A stretch of DNA of 64,000 nucleotides from Pseudomonadota bacterium (GTDB lineage: Bacteria > Desulfobacterota > Desulfobacteria > Desulfobacterales > JBDRRP01): positions 1 to 64,000 of the forward strand of contig JBDRRP010000115.1 in assembly GCA_043825735.1 (NCBI GenBank), read 5' to 3'. Made by a program: the position numbers and the translations under genes. Of the stretch, positions 51,329 to 62,200 are shown piece after piece (within the stretch, counting starts at the first letter, position 1; every line of letters begins with the position of its first letter). The notes under the pieces are model-generated. The model did not search any database. It saw nothing but the letters and a program-made list of their open reading frames with translations, and was not told the DNA's origin.

Positions 51329-53410
51329 TTAAGCGGAAATCATTGAAAAATCAGCCACGGCGCCAAAAAGACCAGCGATATCGCTGAGCAACGCCAGACG
51401 GTTGTTGCGCAGCGCCGGATCCTCGGCCATGACCATCGCCTGATCGAAAAAGGCATCCACAGGACTGCGCAGGGCCACCATCTCGTGCAGAGCCCGGTCA
51501 AAGTCTTCCCGGGCCAGACTGTCGGCGACTTTTTTACTGACGGCAAGAAGGGCAGCGTGAAGCACCGATTCGGATGTCTCCTGAAACAAAGATGCATCGA
51601 CCGGCGCAAGCGCCGCGGTGTCTGCCTTTCTGATGATATTGACCACCCGTTTGAAAGCGATGGCCAGCGGTTCGAAATCAGCGGCGGATTTCAAAGACTC
51701 CAGGGCTTTCACCCGTTTCCAGGTGTTTGGAACGTGATCCACCCCGACGGTCGTGACCGCAGCGATGACGTCTTTAGAAAACCCCTCCTCGGCGAGCATC
51801 CGCTCCATGCGCCGTTTGAAAAAATCGTAAATCTGCGCTTCGGCTTCCGCGGCATCCTGGGTGGCGTTTTCTGCAAAGGGCGCCAGTGCATGCCGGATCA
51901 TCCCGCGCAAAGACAAAGACAGCTTGTTGGCATTCATGATCTGGGTGATACCGATGGCCTGCCGGCGCAGCGCATAGGGGTCCGCCGCGCCGGTGGGCAC
52001 GAGACCGACACTGAAGCAGCCGCAGATGGAATCGATCTTGTCGGCAATGCTCACCAGGGCACCGGTAAGATTGCCTGGCAGCGGCCCCCCGGAATACGTC
52101 GGCCGGTAATGCCCTTCGATGGCCGCCGACACCTCCGGTGGTTCTCCTGCGACCTGGGCGTATACTCTTCCCATGACCCCCTGGAGTTTGGTGAATTCCA
52201 CCACGGCGTGGCTCACCAGGTCCGATTTGCACAGCCTGGCGGCCCGCTGAACGCCGGGCTTGATTGGCATGCCGGCAGCGCCGAGGGTGTCGGCCAGATA
52301 GGCTCCCATCCGCCCGATCCGTTCGGTCTTGTTGAACATGGACCCGAGTTTGGCCAGAAAGAGCACCCCTTTGAGTTTTTCCACCCGCTGCTCAGCAGAA
52401 ATTTTCACATCGCTCTGATAAAAGAACCGCGCGTCACTGAGCCGCGCGCGAAGCACCCGTTCATGCCCGGTAGCCACCAGCGCCATATCGCGGGTCTTTG
52501 TGTTGTTTACGGCGATAAAGCTCGGCAGCAGGTTGCCACCGGCATCCACCACGGCGAAGTATTTCTGGTGTTCTCTCATGGCAGTAATCAGTATTTCCTT
52601 GGGGATTTCCAAAAAGGCGTCCTCGAAATGCCCAACGGAAGGAAACGGGTTTTCCACCAGGTTGGTGACGATGTCGATGAGCTCTTCGTCGGGGAGCACA
52701 GTTCCACCGGCGCTTTTCGCGGCGGCAGTGACCCGCTCGGCCACCATGCGGCGGCGTTCGTCGATATCGGCAATGACGTGCGCCGTTTTCAGGCGTGAGA
52801 TGTAATCGGCAGGCGCATCGATTTTCAGCCGCTTGTTGTGCATGAAATAGTGGCCCCGGGTGAATCGTCCTGAGCGCACGCTGCCGACGGTGAAGTTGAC
52901 CACCGATTTGCCAAACAGCGCCACGATGGTATGAATGGGACGGGCAAAGGTAATATCCAGATCCGCCCAGCGCATCGATTTGGGAAACGGCACCGAAAGG
53001 ATGATCTCTGGAAGCAGCGTTTTCAGAACCGTCCGGGTGGCCAGCCCCCGCTCGGTCTTTCGGGCACTCAGATAATTCCCCTTGGGGGTTTTGGCGACCT
53101 TCAGCCGCTCCGGCGCCACGCCGACTTTCTCGGCGAATTTGATGCCGGCCATGGTCAGATTCCCTCCGGTGTCTTTGCCGATCGTGACCGGAGGCCCAAG
53201 GATTTCGCTCGACAGCGCCGCCTGCTTGGGGGCGACATCAGCGACGATGATGGCCAGACGGCGGGGGGTGCCGAACTGTGTGATGGCACCATGGGAGACG
53301 CGGGCCGTCTCCAATTTTTTTTGCAGTGCGGATGCCATGGCATCCAGCGCCGGTTGAATGTAGCCAGCGGGGATCTCTTCACTGCCGATCTCAAGTAATA
53401 TGCTATCCAT
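51329..53410 (-). CDS. glyS: Glycine--tRNA ligase beta subunit
   Basis: LLEIGSEEIP, TPRRLA, PKSMRW, ADPYALRR, NRLALL. Confidence 0.97.
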   Translation of the reverse strand: MDSILLEIGSEEIPAGYIQPALDAMASALQKKLETARVSHGAITQFGTPRRLAIIVADVAPKQAALSSEILGPPVTIGKDTGGNLTMAGIKFAEKVGVAPERLKVAKTPKGNYLSARKTERGLATRTVLKTLLPEIILSVPFPKSMRWADLDITFARPIHTIVALFGKSVVNFTVGSVRSGRFTRGHYFMHNKRLKIDAPADYISRLKTAHVIADIDERRRMVAERVTAAAKSAGGTVLPDEELIDIVTNLVENPFPSVGHFEDAFLEIPKEILITAMREHQKYFAVVDAGGNLLPSFIAVNNTKTRDMALVATGHERVLRARLSDARFFYQSDVKISAEQRVEKLKGVLFLAKLGSMFNKTERIGRMGAYLADTLGAAGMPIKPGVQRAARLCKSDLVSHAVVEFTKLQGVMGRVYAQVAGEPPEVSAAIEGHYRPTYSGGPLPGNLTGALVSIADKIDSICGCFSVGLVPTGAADPYALRRQAIGITQIMNANKLSLSLRGMIRHALAPFAENATQDAAEAEAQIYDFFKRRMERMLAEEGFSKDVIAAVTTVGVDHVPNTWKRVKALESLKSAADFEPLAIAFKRVVNIIRKADTAALAPVDASLFQETSESVLHAALLAVSKKVADSLAREDFDRALHEMVALRSPVDAFFDQAMVMAEDPALRNNRLALLSDIAGLFGAVADFSMISA

Positions 53411-53494
53411 CTATTTCACCTCTCGGTCGTATCGCCCTCTTAAACGGGACGGTTACACATCAAAAAGGAAGCAATCAGATTCTGCGGAAAGGAT

Positions 53495-54379
53495 CTATTT
53501 CAGCACGATACCGCGTTGCAGCAGCGGAAACCCCATCTGTTCGCGCTGTTTGACGTATCCTTCGGCGCACAAACGGGCCAGGTTGCGGATCCGTCCGATG
53601 TAGCCGGTTCGCTCGGTCACGCTGATGGCCCCGCGGGCGTCGAGCAAGTTGAAGGTATGCGAACACTTCAGACAATACTCGTAGGCGGGCAAAACCAGGC
53701 CGTCTGCAATCATCTTCTGGGACTCGGATTCATAGCGTCCAAAGAATCCGAACAGCATATCCACATCCGCTTTTTCAAAATTGTAAGTGGACTGCTCCAC
53801 CTCTTGCCGATGATGCACGTCACCATATTTGACATGGGCGTTCCACTGCAGGTCGTAAACATTGTTCACGCCTTGCAGGTACATGGTGATCCGCTCAAGA
53901 CCGTAGGTCAACTCGACGGGAATCGGTGATAGTTCAATACTGCCACACAGCTGAAAGTAGGTGAACTGCGTAATTTCCATACCGTCGAGCCAGACTTCCC
54001 AACCCAGACCGGCGGCGCCCAGTGTCGGTGACTCCCAGTCGTCTTCAACGAACCGGATGTCGTGCTCCAGCGGATCTACACCCAGCTCTTTCAAACTGTC
54101 CAGATAGAGCTGTTGAACTTCCAGCGGAGACGGTTTCAAGAGAACCTGGTATTGGTAGTAATGCTGGAGCCGGTTGGGATTCTCGCCATACCGGCCGTCC
54201 GTCGGGCGACGGGAGGGTTGCACATAGGCGACGTTCCACGGTTCAGGGCCCAGCGCCCGCAGCAGTGTCGTCGGATGAAACGTTCCGGCGCCCACTTCCA
54301 TGTCATAGGGTTGCGCCAACACACAGCCTTTCTTTGCCCAAAACCGGTTGAGCGCCATAATTACGTCTTGAAAATACAT
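53495..54379 (-). CDS. glyQ: Glycine--tRNA ligase alpha subunit
   Basis: [38 protein letters not shown]. Confidence 0.98.
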   Translation of the reverse strand: MYFQDVIMALNRFWAKKGCVLAQPYDMEVGAGTFHPTTLLRALGPEPWNVAYVQPSRRPTDGRYGENPNRLQHYYQYQVLLKPSPLEVQQLYLDSLKELGVDPLEHDIRFVEDDWESPTLGAAGLGWEVWLDGMEITQFTYFQLCGSIELSPIPVELTYGLERITMYLQGVNNVYDLQWNAHVKYGDVHHRQEVEQSTYNFEKADVDMLFGFFGRYESESQKMIADGLVLPAYEYCLKCSHTFNLLDARGAISVTERTGYIGRIRNLARLCAEGYVKQREQMGFPLLQRGIVLK

Positions 54380-54586
54380 GTGTCCTCTTTTCTCCTGATT
54401 CAGTCGCCAATCGTTTTAGTATCCATCCACAAAAGGCCATTCGGCCCCCGGCGGTGGTCGCTGCTCATTTTCAATCCGCAGCATAGACCTACTATACTTG
54501 CAGTTGCAACATATCTCGTGCCCTTCGCCGGCGCCAAAGCGATGGCAGACCATTGCCAGGGACCAAAACCTGTCATTTGCGGAAGG

Positions 54587-55645
54587 TCAATGGCTTACGG
54601 AGTGAACCATCACTCCGTTGGGGTCAATCGCCGTATCCAGTACACGGGCGGTGGGAAGCTCCGCCACAATTTCACGCCATGACTCACGAAGGTGTCCAAT
54701 GGCCGTGGGCGCTCCCAGAGCCCAGATACATCCGCCGCCACCGGCTCCGGTGAACCGACCGCCACAGTTCTGGTCCCGGGCGGCCGCAATCAGGCGGTAT
54801 CCCGCTGCGTTGAAAACATCCGGGGTCAAGACAGTGCGAATGTCTGTTTCCCGGTTCATGGCCTCAACGGCGTCTCCAAGATTGCGTTGGCGTATAGCTT
54901 CCACAAAATGATTGCCGCAGTCAATGATTTCTATCCACTGGGGGCGGCTTTCGCCGTTAAGAAACTGGCGGATCCATCTGGCATTGATGTCTTTGGAGTC
55001 GTGGGGAGTGCCACAGTACGCGACCAGGATATGTCTGCTGAAATCCGCCAGTCCGCCAAGGGCATCCCCTAACTGGGTGCGCTGGTAGACGTGGTCGTCA
55101 CCGATGGGCCACATCCACGCATTGACCCCTCCGAAGGCGGCCGCCAGCTGATCCTGGATGCCACAGGGCACGCCGGCCACCCCTGATTCGATGGCGTGGG
55201 CGAGCCGGGCGATACCCTCCGGCGGCATGGCATCATGCGGCCCCGTCTTTGCCTCAAGCGCATTCAGAGCAGCGATGAGCGCCACAGCGGCCACCGAGGA
55301 GCCGCCCAGTCCGCTGCGCGGGGGGGACTGGGACTGAATATCGATGTGGATGCCGTGAATGCCGAAATACGCTGCGACCGCAAAAAGCAACCCCATCGGG
55401 TGCACGAAGGGCAGCGCATCCGCCGGATAGGCCGCATCATCGAACCCCCTGGAGGATATGCATACCCAGCCGTTGCGATAGCGGCCAATGCGCACGGCAG
55501 TCCTGAGGTCGAGGGCGATATTGAAAGTGCACGGCCGGTAACGCCTCAGCGGCAGATGCAGCGTACTGATGTCGAGCGTCCCGCCGAGATCGACGCGACA
55601 GGGCGCCGAGGCCGCTGCCAGCATGTCATCGAGTGTGTTAGTCAT
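54587..55645 (-). CDS. GHMP kinase superfamily protein (HddA/galactokinase-like)
   Basis: APCRVDLGG, PPRSGLGGSS, G.QDQ.AAAFGG, TGAGGGGC. Confidence 0.85.
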   Translation of the reverse strand: MTNTLDDMLAAASAPCRVDLGGTLDISTLHLPLRRYRPCTFNIALDLRTAVRIGRYRNGWVCISSRGFDDAAYPADALPFVHPMGLLFAVAAYFGIHGIHIDIQSQSPPRSGLGGSSVAAVALIAALNALEAKTGPHDAMPPEGIARLAHAIESGVAGVPCGIQDQLAAAFGGVNAWMWPIGDDHVYQRTQLGDALGGLADFSRHILVAYCGTPHDSKDINARWIRQFLNGESRPQWIEIIDCGNHFVEAIRQRNLGDAVEAMNRETDIRTVLTPDVFNAAGYRLIAAARDQNCGGRFTGAGGGGCIWALGAPTAIGHLRESWREIVAELPTARVLDTAIDPNGVMVHSVSH

Positions 55646-55708
55646 ATTCTTTCTTCGTGCACTTCGTGATCTTCGTGGTTCACATTCAGTGCGTCGGTTC
55701 CCGGAGCA

Positions 55709-56479
55709 TCAGCGGATCTCGCGTAAAAACCCCAGGCTTTTCAGCTCCTTGCCCAGGTGATAGGGGACAAAGGCTTCCAGCAGCGCCAGCCCCTGAGACC
55801 GGGCATTGGGATCACAGCGAATGCGCGCGGCTGTCGCCAGCGGGCCGGTCCGCATCCATCGCAATAGCTTGAGCGTTCCGTGGGAGACCGCTATATGCGG
55901 CGCCCCGTTTTCGCGGCACTCGCTGCAGACCACACTGCCCCGGGCCATGTTGAACCCCAACGGGCGCTCCGAAAGACTGTCCAGCGACTTGCGGCAACCG
56001 TGACACTGATCGATGCCGGGGCTCATGCCGGAAAACGCCAGAAAACGTATCTGAAAAAGAATGGACAGATCCGCCGGATCACGGCTGCCTTCGTCCAGGC
56101 CGGACAGCACGTAGTAGAGCAATGCATAAATATCCGACTGTTCTTCATCGTTTTCCAGCCACTCGTTAACCAACTCCGCCCAATAGCTGGCATAGGCCGT
56201 TCGACGGATATCCCCGCGGATATTTGCAAACGGGTGCTGCAAGGAGGCTTCCTGCAGCACGGGCATTCCCCCACGGCGGCTGCGGCGGCAGGTGATGGAC
56301 AGCGCCGAGAAAAGTTCCAGCACGCCGGCAAATCGCTTTCGGCTTTTTTTGGCGGATTTGGCGATCGCCGTCAATTTCCCCTGATCGCGGGAAAAAAACG
56401 TCATGATCACGTCGTTGTCGCCGTAAGAGACGCGACGGATCGCAATGCCGGTAGTAACGAAGAGATCACCCGAATTCAT
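55709..56479 (-). CDS. recO: DNA repair protein RecO
   Basis: YGDND.I...FSR..GK, AKKSRKRF, CxxC...CxxC; upstream of glyQS. Confidence 0.9.
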   Translation of the reverse strand: MNSGDLFVTTGIAIRRVSYGDNDVIMTFFSRDQGKLTAIAKSAKKSRKRFAGVLELFSALSITCRRSRRGGMPVLQEASLQHPFANIRGDIRRTAYASYWAELVNEWLENDEEQSDIYALLYYVLSGLDEGSRDPADLSILFQIRFLAFSGMSPGIDQCHGCRKSLDSLSERPLGFNMARGSVVCSECRENGAPHIAVSHGTLKLLRWMRTGPLATAARIRCDPNARSQGLALLEAFVPYHLGKELKSLGFLREIR

Positions 56480-56494
56480 AGCGGATCGCCGTGC

Positions 56495-57394
56495 TCAAGG
56501 CACCTGTATGGTGACGACCTGGCCACTGTTGCCGAGGATGGGAACGCTCTGCCCGTTCAATTGCATGGCAATACCGGCCGCATTTCCGATGAGCAGGTCA
56601 AAGCCCTTTTCGGCTTCAAGCTGCAGGTGATCCCCCGGTTTCAGCATATACTCCGTTGTCCGCATGCCATCAGTGGTCACCTTGATCCAGGTTTCTTCTA
56701 CAGTGTTGATCAAGAGCCGTTGGGTCATCTCTGCCGGAAGCGCTTCGGACGGCGGGCCTTCCGGAGGCGCCGCGGAGGGAGCGGGTGCCGGTGCCTCCTT
56801 CGCAGGCGGCTCTGCGGTCACCGGGGGCGATGGCGCCGCCTCGGGTGCCGGCGATGGCGTTGCCGCGGGGGGTGGCGATAACACCGCCGCCGGGGTTGGC
56901 AGCGATGTAACCGCTGCGGAGTCGGGTGTCGCCGCCATTGTGGTGACGGGCGGAGGGGATGCCGGCGCCGGTTCAACGGACGGCCCTTCCCCCGTCGACA
57001 GGGCATAAATACTTGCGGCCACAATGACTGCCAGCAGCAGCACGCCCATGGCCAGCCGCGGCCAGAACACATGGTGGGATCGCAACCGCTCAGACTGATT
57101 CTGCGCTGCCGTTCGAAATTCCGCCAGGCTTTTCTCGTAATCCTGAATGGCCAGATCTCCGTCGGCGCCCACAGCTTTCGCGTATGACCGGATAAACCCC
57201 TTTACAAAGACCTCTGCCGGCAGTTTCTCGTGGTCCTCGTCTTCTATGCGGGACAGGGTCTCCCAGCCGATTCGAGTACTGGCAGCGATCGCCTCGAGTG
57301 CGATGCCCTTTTCAAGCCGCACTGACCTGAGATATCGCCCAAAAGATTTAACATCGTTATCAGTCATATCGCCTGCCACTGAGTCATCGTCCAT
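56495..57394 (-). CDS. RodZ-like HTH membrane protein
   Basis: GRYLR..R, FVKGFIRSYA, TM helix, Pro/Ala linker, ETWIKV...IGNAAG. Confidence 0.85.
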   Translation of the reverse strand: MDDDSVAGDMTDNDVKSFGRYLRSVRLEKGIALEAIAASTRIGWETLSRIEDEDHEKLPAEVFVKGFIRSYAKAVGADGDLAIQDYEKSLAEFRTAAQNQSERLRSHHVFWPRLAMGVLLLAVIVAASIYALSTGEGPSVEPAPASPPPVTTMAATPDSAAVTSLPTPAAVLSPPPAATPSPAPEAAPSPPVTAEPPAKEAPAPAPSAAPPEGPPSEALPAEMTQRLLINTVEETWIKVTTDGMRTTEYMLKPGDHLQLEAEKGFDLLIGNAAGIAMQLNGQSVPILGNSGQVVTIQVP

Positions 57395-57395
57395 G

Positions 57396-58454
57396 TTAGA
57401 GGACTATTTTAATCTGGGAAGTCTTTTTCAAGTCTTCCAACCAGCGCGTAAATTTCTCATCCACTCGCTGCTTGTAAACCTTTTCCGAAATGGCGGAAGA
57501 AACGTCAGAAAGTTTTTTGTCTTCAGGGGAAGTCATATCCTGAAGAAAAAAAATCTGAAGCCCCTGGTCTGTCTCCAGCAATTCGGTCACACCACCGACA
57601 GGCGTCGTTGAGATCGCCTTCTGGAGCATCGGAGAAAGGCTATTCATGCGAAACACGCCCAGATCGCCCCCCCGTCTGCCGGCACCCTGGTCGTTGAATT
57701 TTTTCTCGACCTCCGGAAACGGTGTCCCCGCTGCGAGCGACTTAACAATGCCGGCCATTTCCCATCGCGCCGCATCCTTTTGCCCCTGGCTCATCGCCGG
57801 ATCCAGACTGAAGGTCAAGTGCCTTAGATGAACCGAGGATTCTCCTTTGAACTCCTCGGGATGCGTATCGTAGTAGTTTTTGATATCCTCATCGGTAACG
57901 ACGATCTTTGAATTCACCTCTCGGGTCACCAAACGGCTGCGCAGTATTTGCTCCTTCGTGCGATCGCGGTACTCGTCGAGGGTCATCCCCTGCTTTTCCA
58001 AGGCTTCGGTCAGCATTTCCGCTGTCATCCGATTGGCCTGCTTAAGCCTTTCAATGCTCTGATCGATTTCTTCTTCGTTGATACTGATACCGGCTTTTTT
58101 GATCTCCTGGTCGGTGAGCTGTTGCTCGATGAGACGATCCAACATGTCTTGTCTCAGTTTGAACAGCATTTCCGCATGTTTTTCCTGGCTATAGCCCATC
58201 TGGCGGATTCGCTCGACGTATGGGGCGATCTCCTCGTTGAGTTCCGACAAAACGATGATATCGTCATTGACATAGGCCACGATTCGATCGATCGTCTCTC
58301 TCGCCGCGGAATGTGACGTAGCAGCGCAAAAGCTCAGCATCACAACAAGGCTCCAGATCACCCACGGTTTCATCAGAACCTCGCCCACAACGCTCCCGCA
58401 GCGCGCCGTGCGGCCCGTGGTTCCCATCTCGAATTCACCCATCCGCTCATCCAT
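57396..58454 (-). CDS. SurA-like chaperone / peptidyl-prolyl isomerase
   Basis: IDRIVAYVNDDII.LSEL, GGDLG; start may be 58373. Confidence 0.8.
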   Translation of the reverse strand: MDERMGEFEMGTTGRTARCGSVVGEVLMKPWVIWSLVVMLSFCAATSHSAARETIDRIVAYVNDDIIVLSELNEEIAPYVERIRQMGYSQEKHAEMLFKLRQDMLDRLIEQQLTDQEIKKAGISINEEEIDQSIERLKQANRMTAEMLTEALEKQGMTLDEYRDRTKEQILRSRLVTREVNSKIVVTDEDIKNYYDTHPEEFKGESSVHLRHLTFSLDPAMSQGQKDAARWEMAGIVKSLAAGTPFPEVEKKFNDQGAGRRGGDLGVFRMNSLSPMLQKAISTTPVGGVTELLETDQGLQIFFLQDMTSPEDKKLSDVSSAISEKVYKQRVDEKFTRWLEDLKKTSQIKIVL

Positions 58455-59139
58455 CCTTATTCATCACCCGTTCCCATTGGACGGCATTTATTTCAACGGG
58501 CATGCGGCTTCGCTGTTCACTCATCCACGCCGCATAGGCACGCTCGGTTTTGAATTCACGCAATCGTCTCAGTATGATTGCATTGATCTTGTCAATATCT
58601 TCGGTGGTTTCAGCTTCAGGCCAGTCCTTCCGGTGCGCCTTGAGATGCTCTTGGATATCCTCAGGGGTAATCACAATCTCCGAAGCAATAACCTTATCGA
58701 TCACTTTGCGGGTCAACAGCCGGATCCGCAGCCGCTCCTGCCAGTCTTCAAAGGAGATAGCCGATTCCATGAGCATTTCTTCGAATACAGCGTCGGGATA
58801 ATCCGCCTTTATCTGCCCGACCGCCGCCGAAAGCTCCGCATCGCTTATCGAGACGCCGATCTCTTCGGCCTTTTCCATCAGTATCATTTCTTCAAGCAAC
58901 TGATTGAGCAACCTCAGTTTGATATCCCGATTCACCACAGGATCGCGCAAATCGTTATGTGAGTATGCGGTTTTGCTGATTTCGAATATGCGGTTAAATG
59001 TCGCTACGCTGAGCTGCCTGCCACCGACACGAAAAAGGAAGCCCTGCTCGCCGGTCTCCCCCCCATCGGAGCAGCCGGTCATGATCGAAAGGATAAGGCC
59101 GCAGCACAGCAGGTGCACGATGGCCCGTGATCGTTTCAT
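58447..59139 (-). CDS. SurA N-terminal domain lipoprotein
   Basis: MTGC lipobox-like, LLNQLLEE.IL...AEE.G..ISDAEL; start uncertain (59139 or 59229). Confidence 0.7.
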   Translation of the reverse strand: MKRSRAIVHLLCCGLILSIMTGCSDGGETGEQGFLFRVGGRQLSVATFNRIFEISKTAYSHNDLRDPVVNRDIKLRLLNQLLEEMILMEKAEEIGVSISDAELSAAVGQIKADYPDAVFEEMLMESAISFEDWQERLRIRLLTRKVIDKVIASEIVITPEDIQEHLKAHRKDWPEAETTEDIDKINAIILRRLREFKTERAYAAWMSEQRSRMPVEINAVQWERVMNKDG

Positions 59140-59262
59140 CGTCCGGCACCAACCGCTGCGGTATTCCAACAGCCCCTGTTCTCCTGGTGGCGCATGATGC
59201 CGCGTCCCTTGTTTTCCAGAAGGCTCCAAGCACGTAGCCCCCTAAAATCATTAAAATAATTT

Positions 59263-62200
59263 TTAGCCGTTAACACGCTGACCGATTTCTTTCAAGATGT
59301 TTTTAGACTTTGCCAGGCGCTGCCGCCAATTCTGCGCCGGCAGGCGCGCCTTCAAAACCCCGTCACGTGTGAAACTGAAATTATCAGGCGCGAGAAGAAC
59401 CATTTCGACAATCCCATCGGGGTTGCGCACGTGCTTATCGGAAAACCACATGAACATGTCGCTCCCGTCGACATCGAGCCGTTTTACGCCAGCTTGGATG
59501 GCCAGCACCCTGAGCATGATTTTGAGCAGTAGATTGCTGGCGGCTTCAGGCAGTTTGCCGTATCGATCCTCCAATTCGCACTTGTAGGCGGAGATTTCCT
59601 TCAAAGACGTCATCCTTACAAGTCGACGGTAAGCCGACAGCCGCTGGTCGATATCACTGATGTAGTCTTCAGGAAAATGTGCCGTCAGGTCCAGATGGAT
59701 TTCAGGTTCCAGGGGCGCCACCGACGGCTCCCCTTTGAGCTCGGCCACGGTCGTTTCCATCAATTGAAGAAACATATCGTAGCCCACCGCAGCAATATGA
59801 CCGGATTGGGAGGCCCCCAGAATGGACCCGCCCCCCCGGATTTTGAGATCGTTCATGGCAATCTGGAAACCGGCGCCCAGATCGCTGTGTTCCATCAGTA
59901 CCTTGAGCCGTTTTCGGGCATCGCGGGTGATCGTGGCATCCGGCGGCACAAACAAATAGGCAAATGCCTGTTCATCCGAGCGCCCGACACGCCCTCTGAG
60001 CTGATAGATCTGGGCCAGCCCGAAGCGGTCTGCACGGTTGACGAGCATGGTGTTGGCCGATGGAATGTCCAGACCCGATTCTATGATGGTGGTGCACACC
60101 AGCACGTCGATCTTCTTACCGGAAAACGCGAGCATCACGTCCTCCAGTTCACCCACCGCCATCTGTCCATGGGCAACGGCCAGGCGCACGCCGGGTACCA
60201 GTGCGCGAATCCGCTCGGCCACGGCGTTCAGGCTGCGGATGGTGTTGTGGACGAAATAGACCTGCCCCCCGCGTTTGAGTTCATGGCCGATGGCATCGGC
60301 AACGATGGCGTCATCGTATTCGGTCACATAGGTGACGATGGCATGGCGCTGCTCCGGCGGGGTGGAAATAACGCTGATATCACGCACGCCCAGGAGGGAC
60401 ATGTGAAGCGTTCGCGGGATCGGTGTTGCCGTCAGGGTCAGCACATCGACGGTTTCTCGCATCCGCTTCAGTTTTTCTTTGTGTTTCACACCGAATCGCT
60501 GTTCCTCATCGACAATCACCAGCCCCAGCGCTTTGAATATGACATCTTTTTGCAACATGCGATGGGTGCCGATGAGGATATCAATGCGCCCCTCCTGCAA
60601 ATCGGTTACCACTTGCCGCTGCTCACGCGGTGTTTGGAGGCGACTCAGGAGCCCCACCGTCACCGGAAATCGTGCAAACCGCTGACGGAAGGTTTCGGCA
60701 TGCTGCATGGCCAGCACCGTCGTCGGCACCAGCACGGCAACCTGCTTGCCGTCGTTGACCGCTATGAACGATGCCCTGAGCGCCACTTCGGTCTTGCCGT
60801 AGCCCACATCGCCGCAAATGAGTCGATCCATGGGATCGTCAGCGGCCATATCCGCAATGACGTCGTTGATGGCCGCAATCTGATCAGGAGTTTCCTCGTA
60901 GGTAAAGCCGGCCTCGAATTCATTGAAATAGATGTCCGGCGGACTGAAGGAGAACCCTTTGTTCACTTTCCGGGCCGCATAGAGTTTGAGCAGCGCGCCG
61001 GCCATTTTTTCGACCGATTTCTTGACCCGCTCCCGGACGCGGTCCCAGGACTTTCCGCCCATTTTATCCACCACGGGCACTATGCCATCGACCCCCATGT
61101 ATTTTTGAACCATTCCCATGCGGTCGACCGGGAGGTAGAGTTTGTCTCCGCCCTGGTAACTCAGAAGGAGGAAATCGCAATCGGCCCGGCCGATACTCAG
61201 CCTTTCGAGCCCCTGATACACGCCGATGCCATGCTCGGTGTGAACGATAAGATCTCCCTGGCACAGGCTTTCGATGGAAAGGATATCGGTTCTGATACTT
61301 GGTTTTTGCCGTTTCCGGCTCAGTCGGCTTTTTCCAAACACATCTTCGGCCGTCAGGATGGCGATGCCTTCGTCAACCCATACAAACCCGCTGGATACAC
61401 TGCCGACACAAACGCTCAAAACGTCGCGCTGCAGGCACCCCTGCTCCGAGAAGGCATCGCAACGATGCGTGCGCACCCCATAAGGGGCCAGCACGCCGTC
61501 GAGCTTGGCTGCCTGGCTGCGCGACCGGCACGCCACGACGACATGACGCTTGTGTGCGGTTTGCTCCTGGAACCAGTCTGTGAACGGCTGCAGATGTCGG
61601 TCATCGGCGCCAGCCGGACGCGCTGATTCAAACTGCGAAACCGCATCAATGGCAAAGGTAACGGTGGGCGGGCTGGCGCGGTGATCCGCTGCCGTTTCCA
61701 CGACAACATCATCCAGCGCCACCGAATTGAACGGACTCATCGCCAAGCCGGCATTCGCCCATTGCAGATACAGTGTTTCGGGTGGAACACACAGCCGCTG
61801 ATGGGCCATCGCTGCGGTATAATTATTTTGGATCCGAGTCTCATGCGCGGCCGCCGCACCGGCCAATTGGCCAAAGGCTTCCAGAAACAGGAGGCAGCCT
61901 TCGGGCAGATAGTCGAACACCGTGTCGAGTTTGGAATAAAAAACCGGTAGAAGGCTTTCGAGCTCGGGGAAAACCCCTTCCGCTTCCAGCCGTGCAATGA
62001 CATCTCTTCTCTGACCTGCGCTCAGACCACAGTTCACTGCACACTGCCGGATGCCCGAGATCACAGAATCAATCCGGTCGCGATGCAGTACGGCTTCCTT
62101 GGCAGGAAGCGCCACAATTTCACGAGCATCGCCCATCTGAAGTTGACTGGCGGCGGAAAAAAACCGAATGCCTTCCACCAGATCGCCGAACCATTCCAAT

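Noticed and set aside
54380..54586. T-box or glycine riboswitch upstream of glyQ
   Set aside because: No T-box bulge or glycine aptamer motif could be recognised.
59677..61626. 649-aa plus-strand ORF and similar long antisense ORFs (8310-9464, 15458-16618, 51485-52798)
   Set aside because: Shadow ORFs opposite well-supported genes, as expected in GC-rich DNA.
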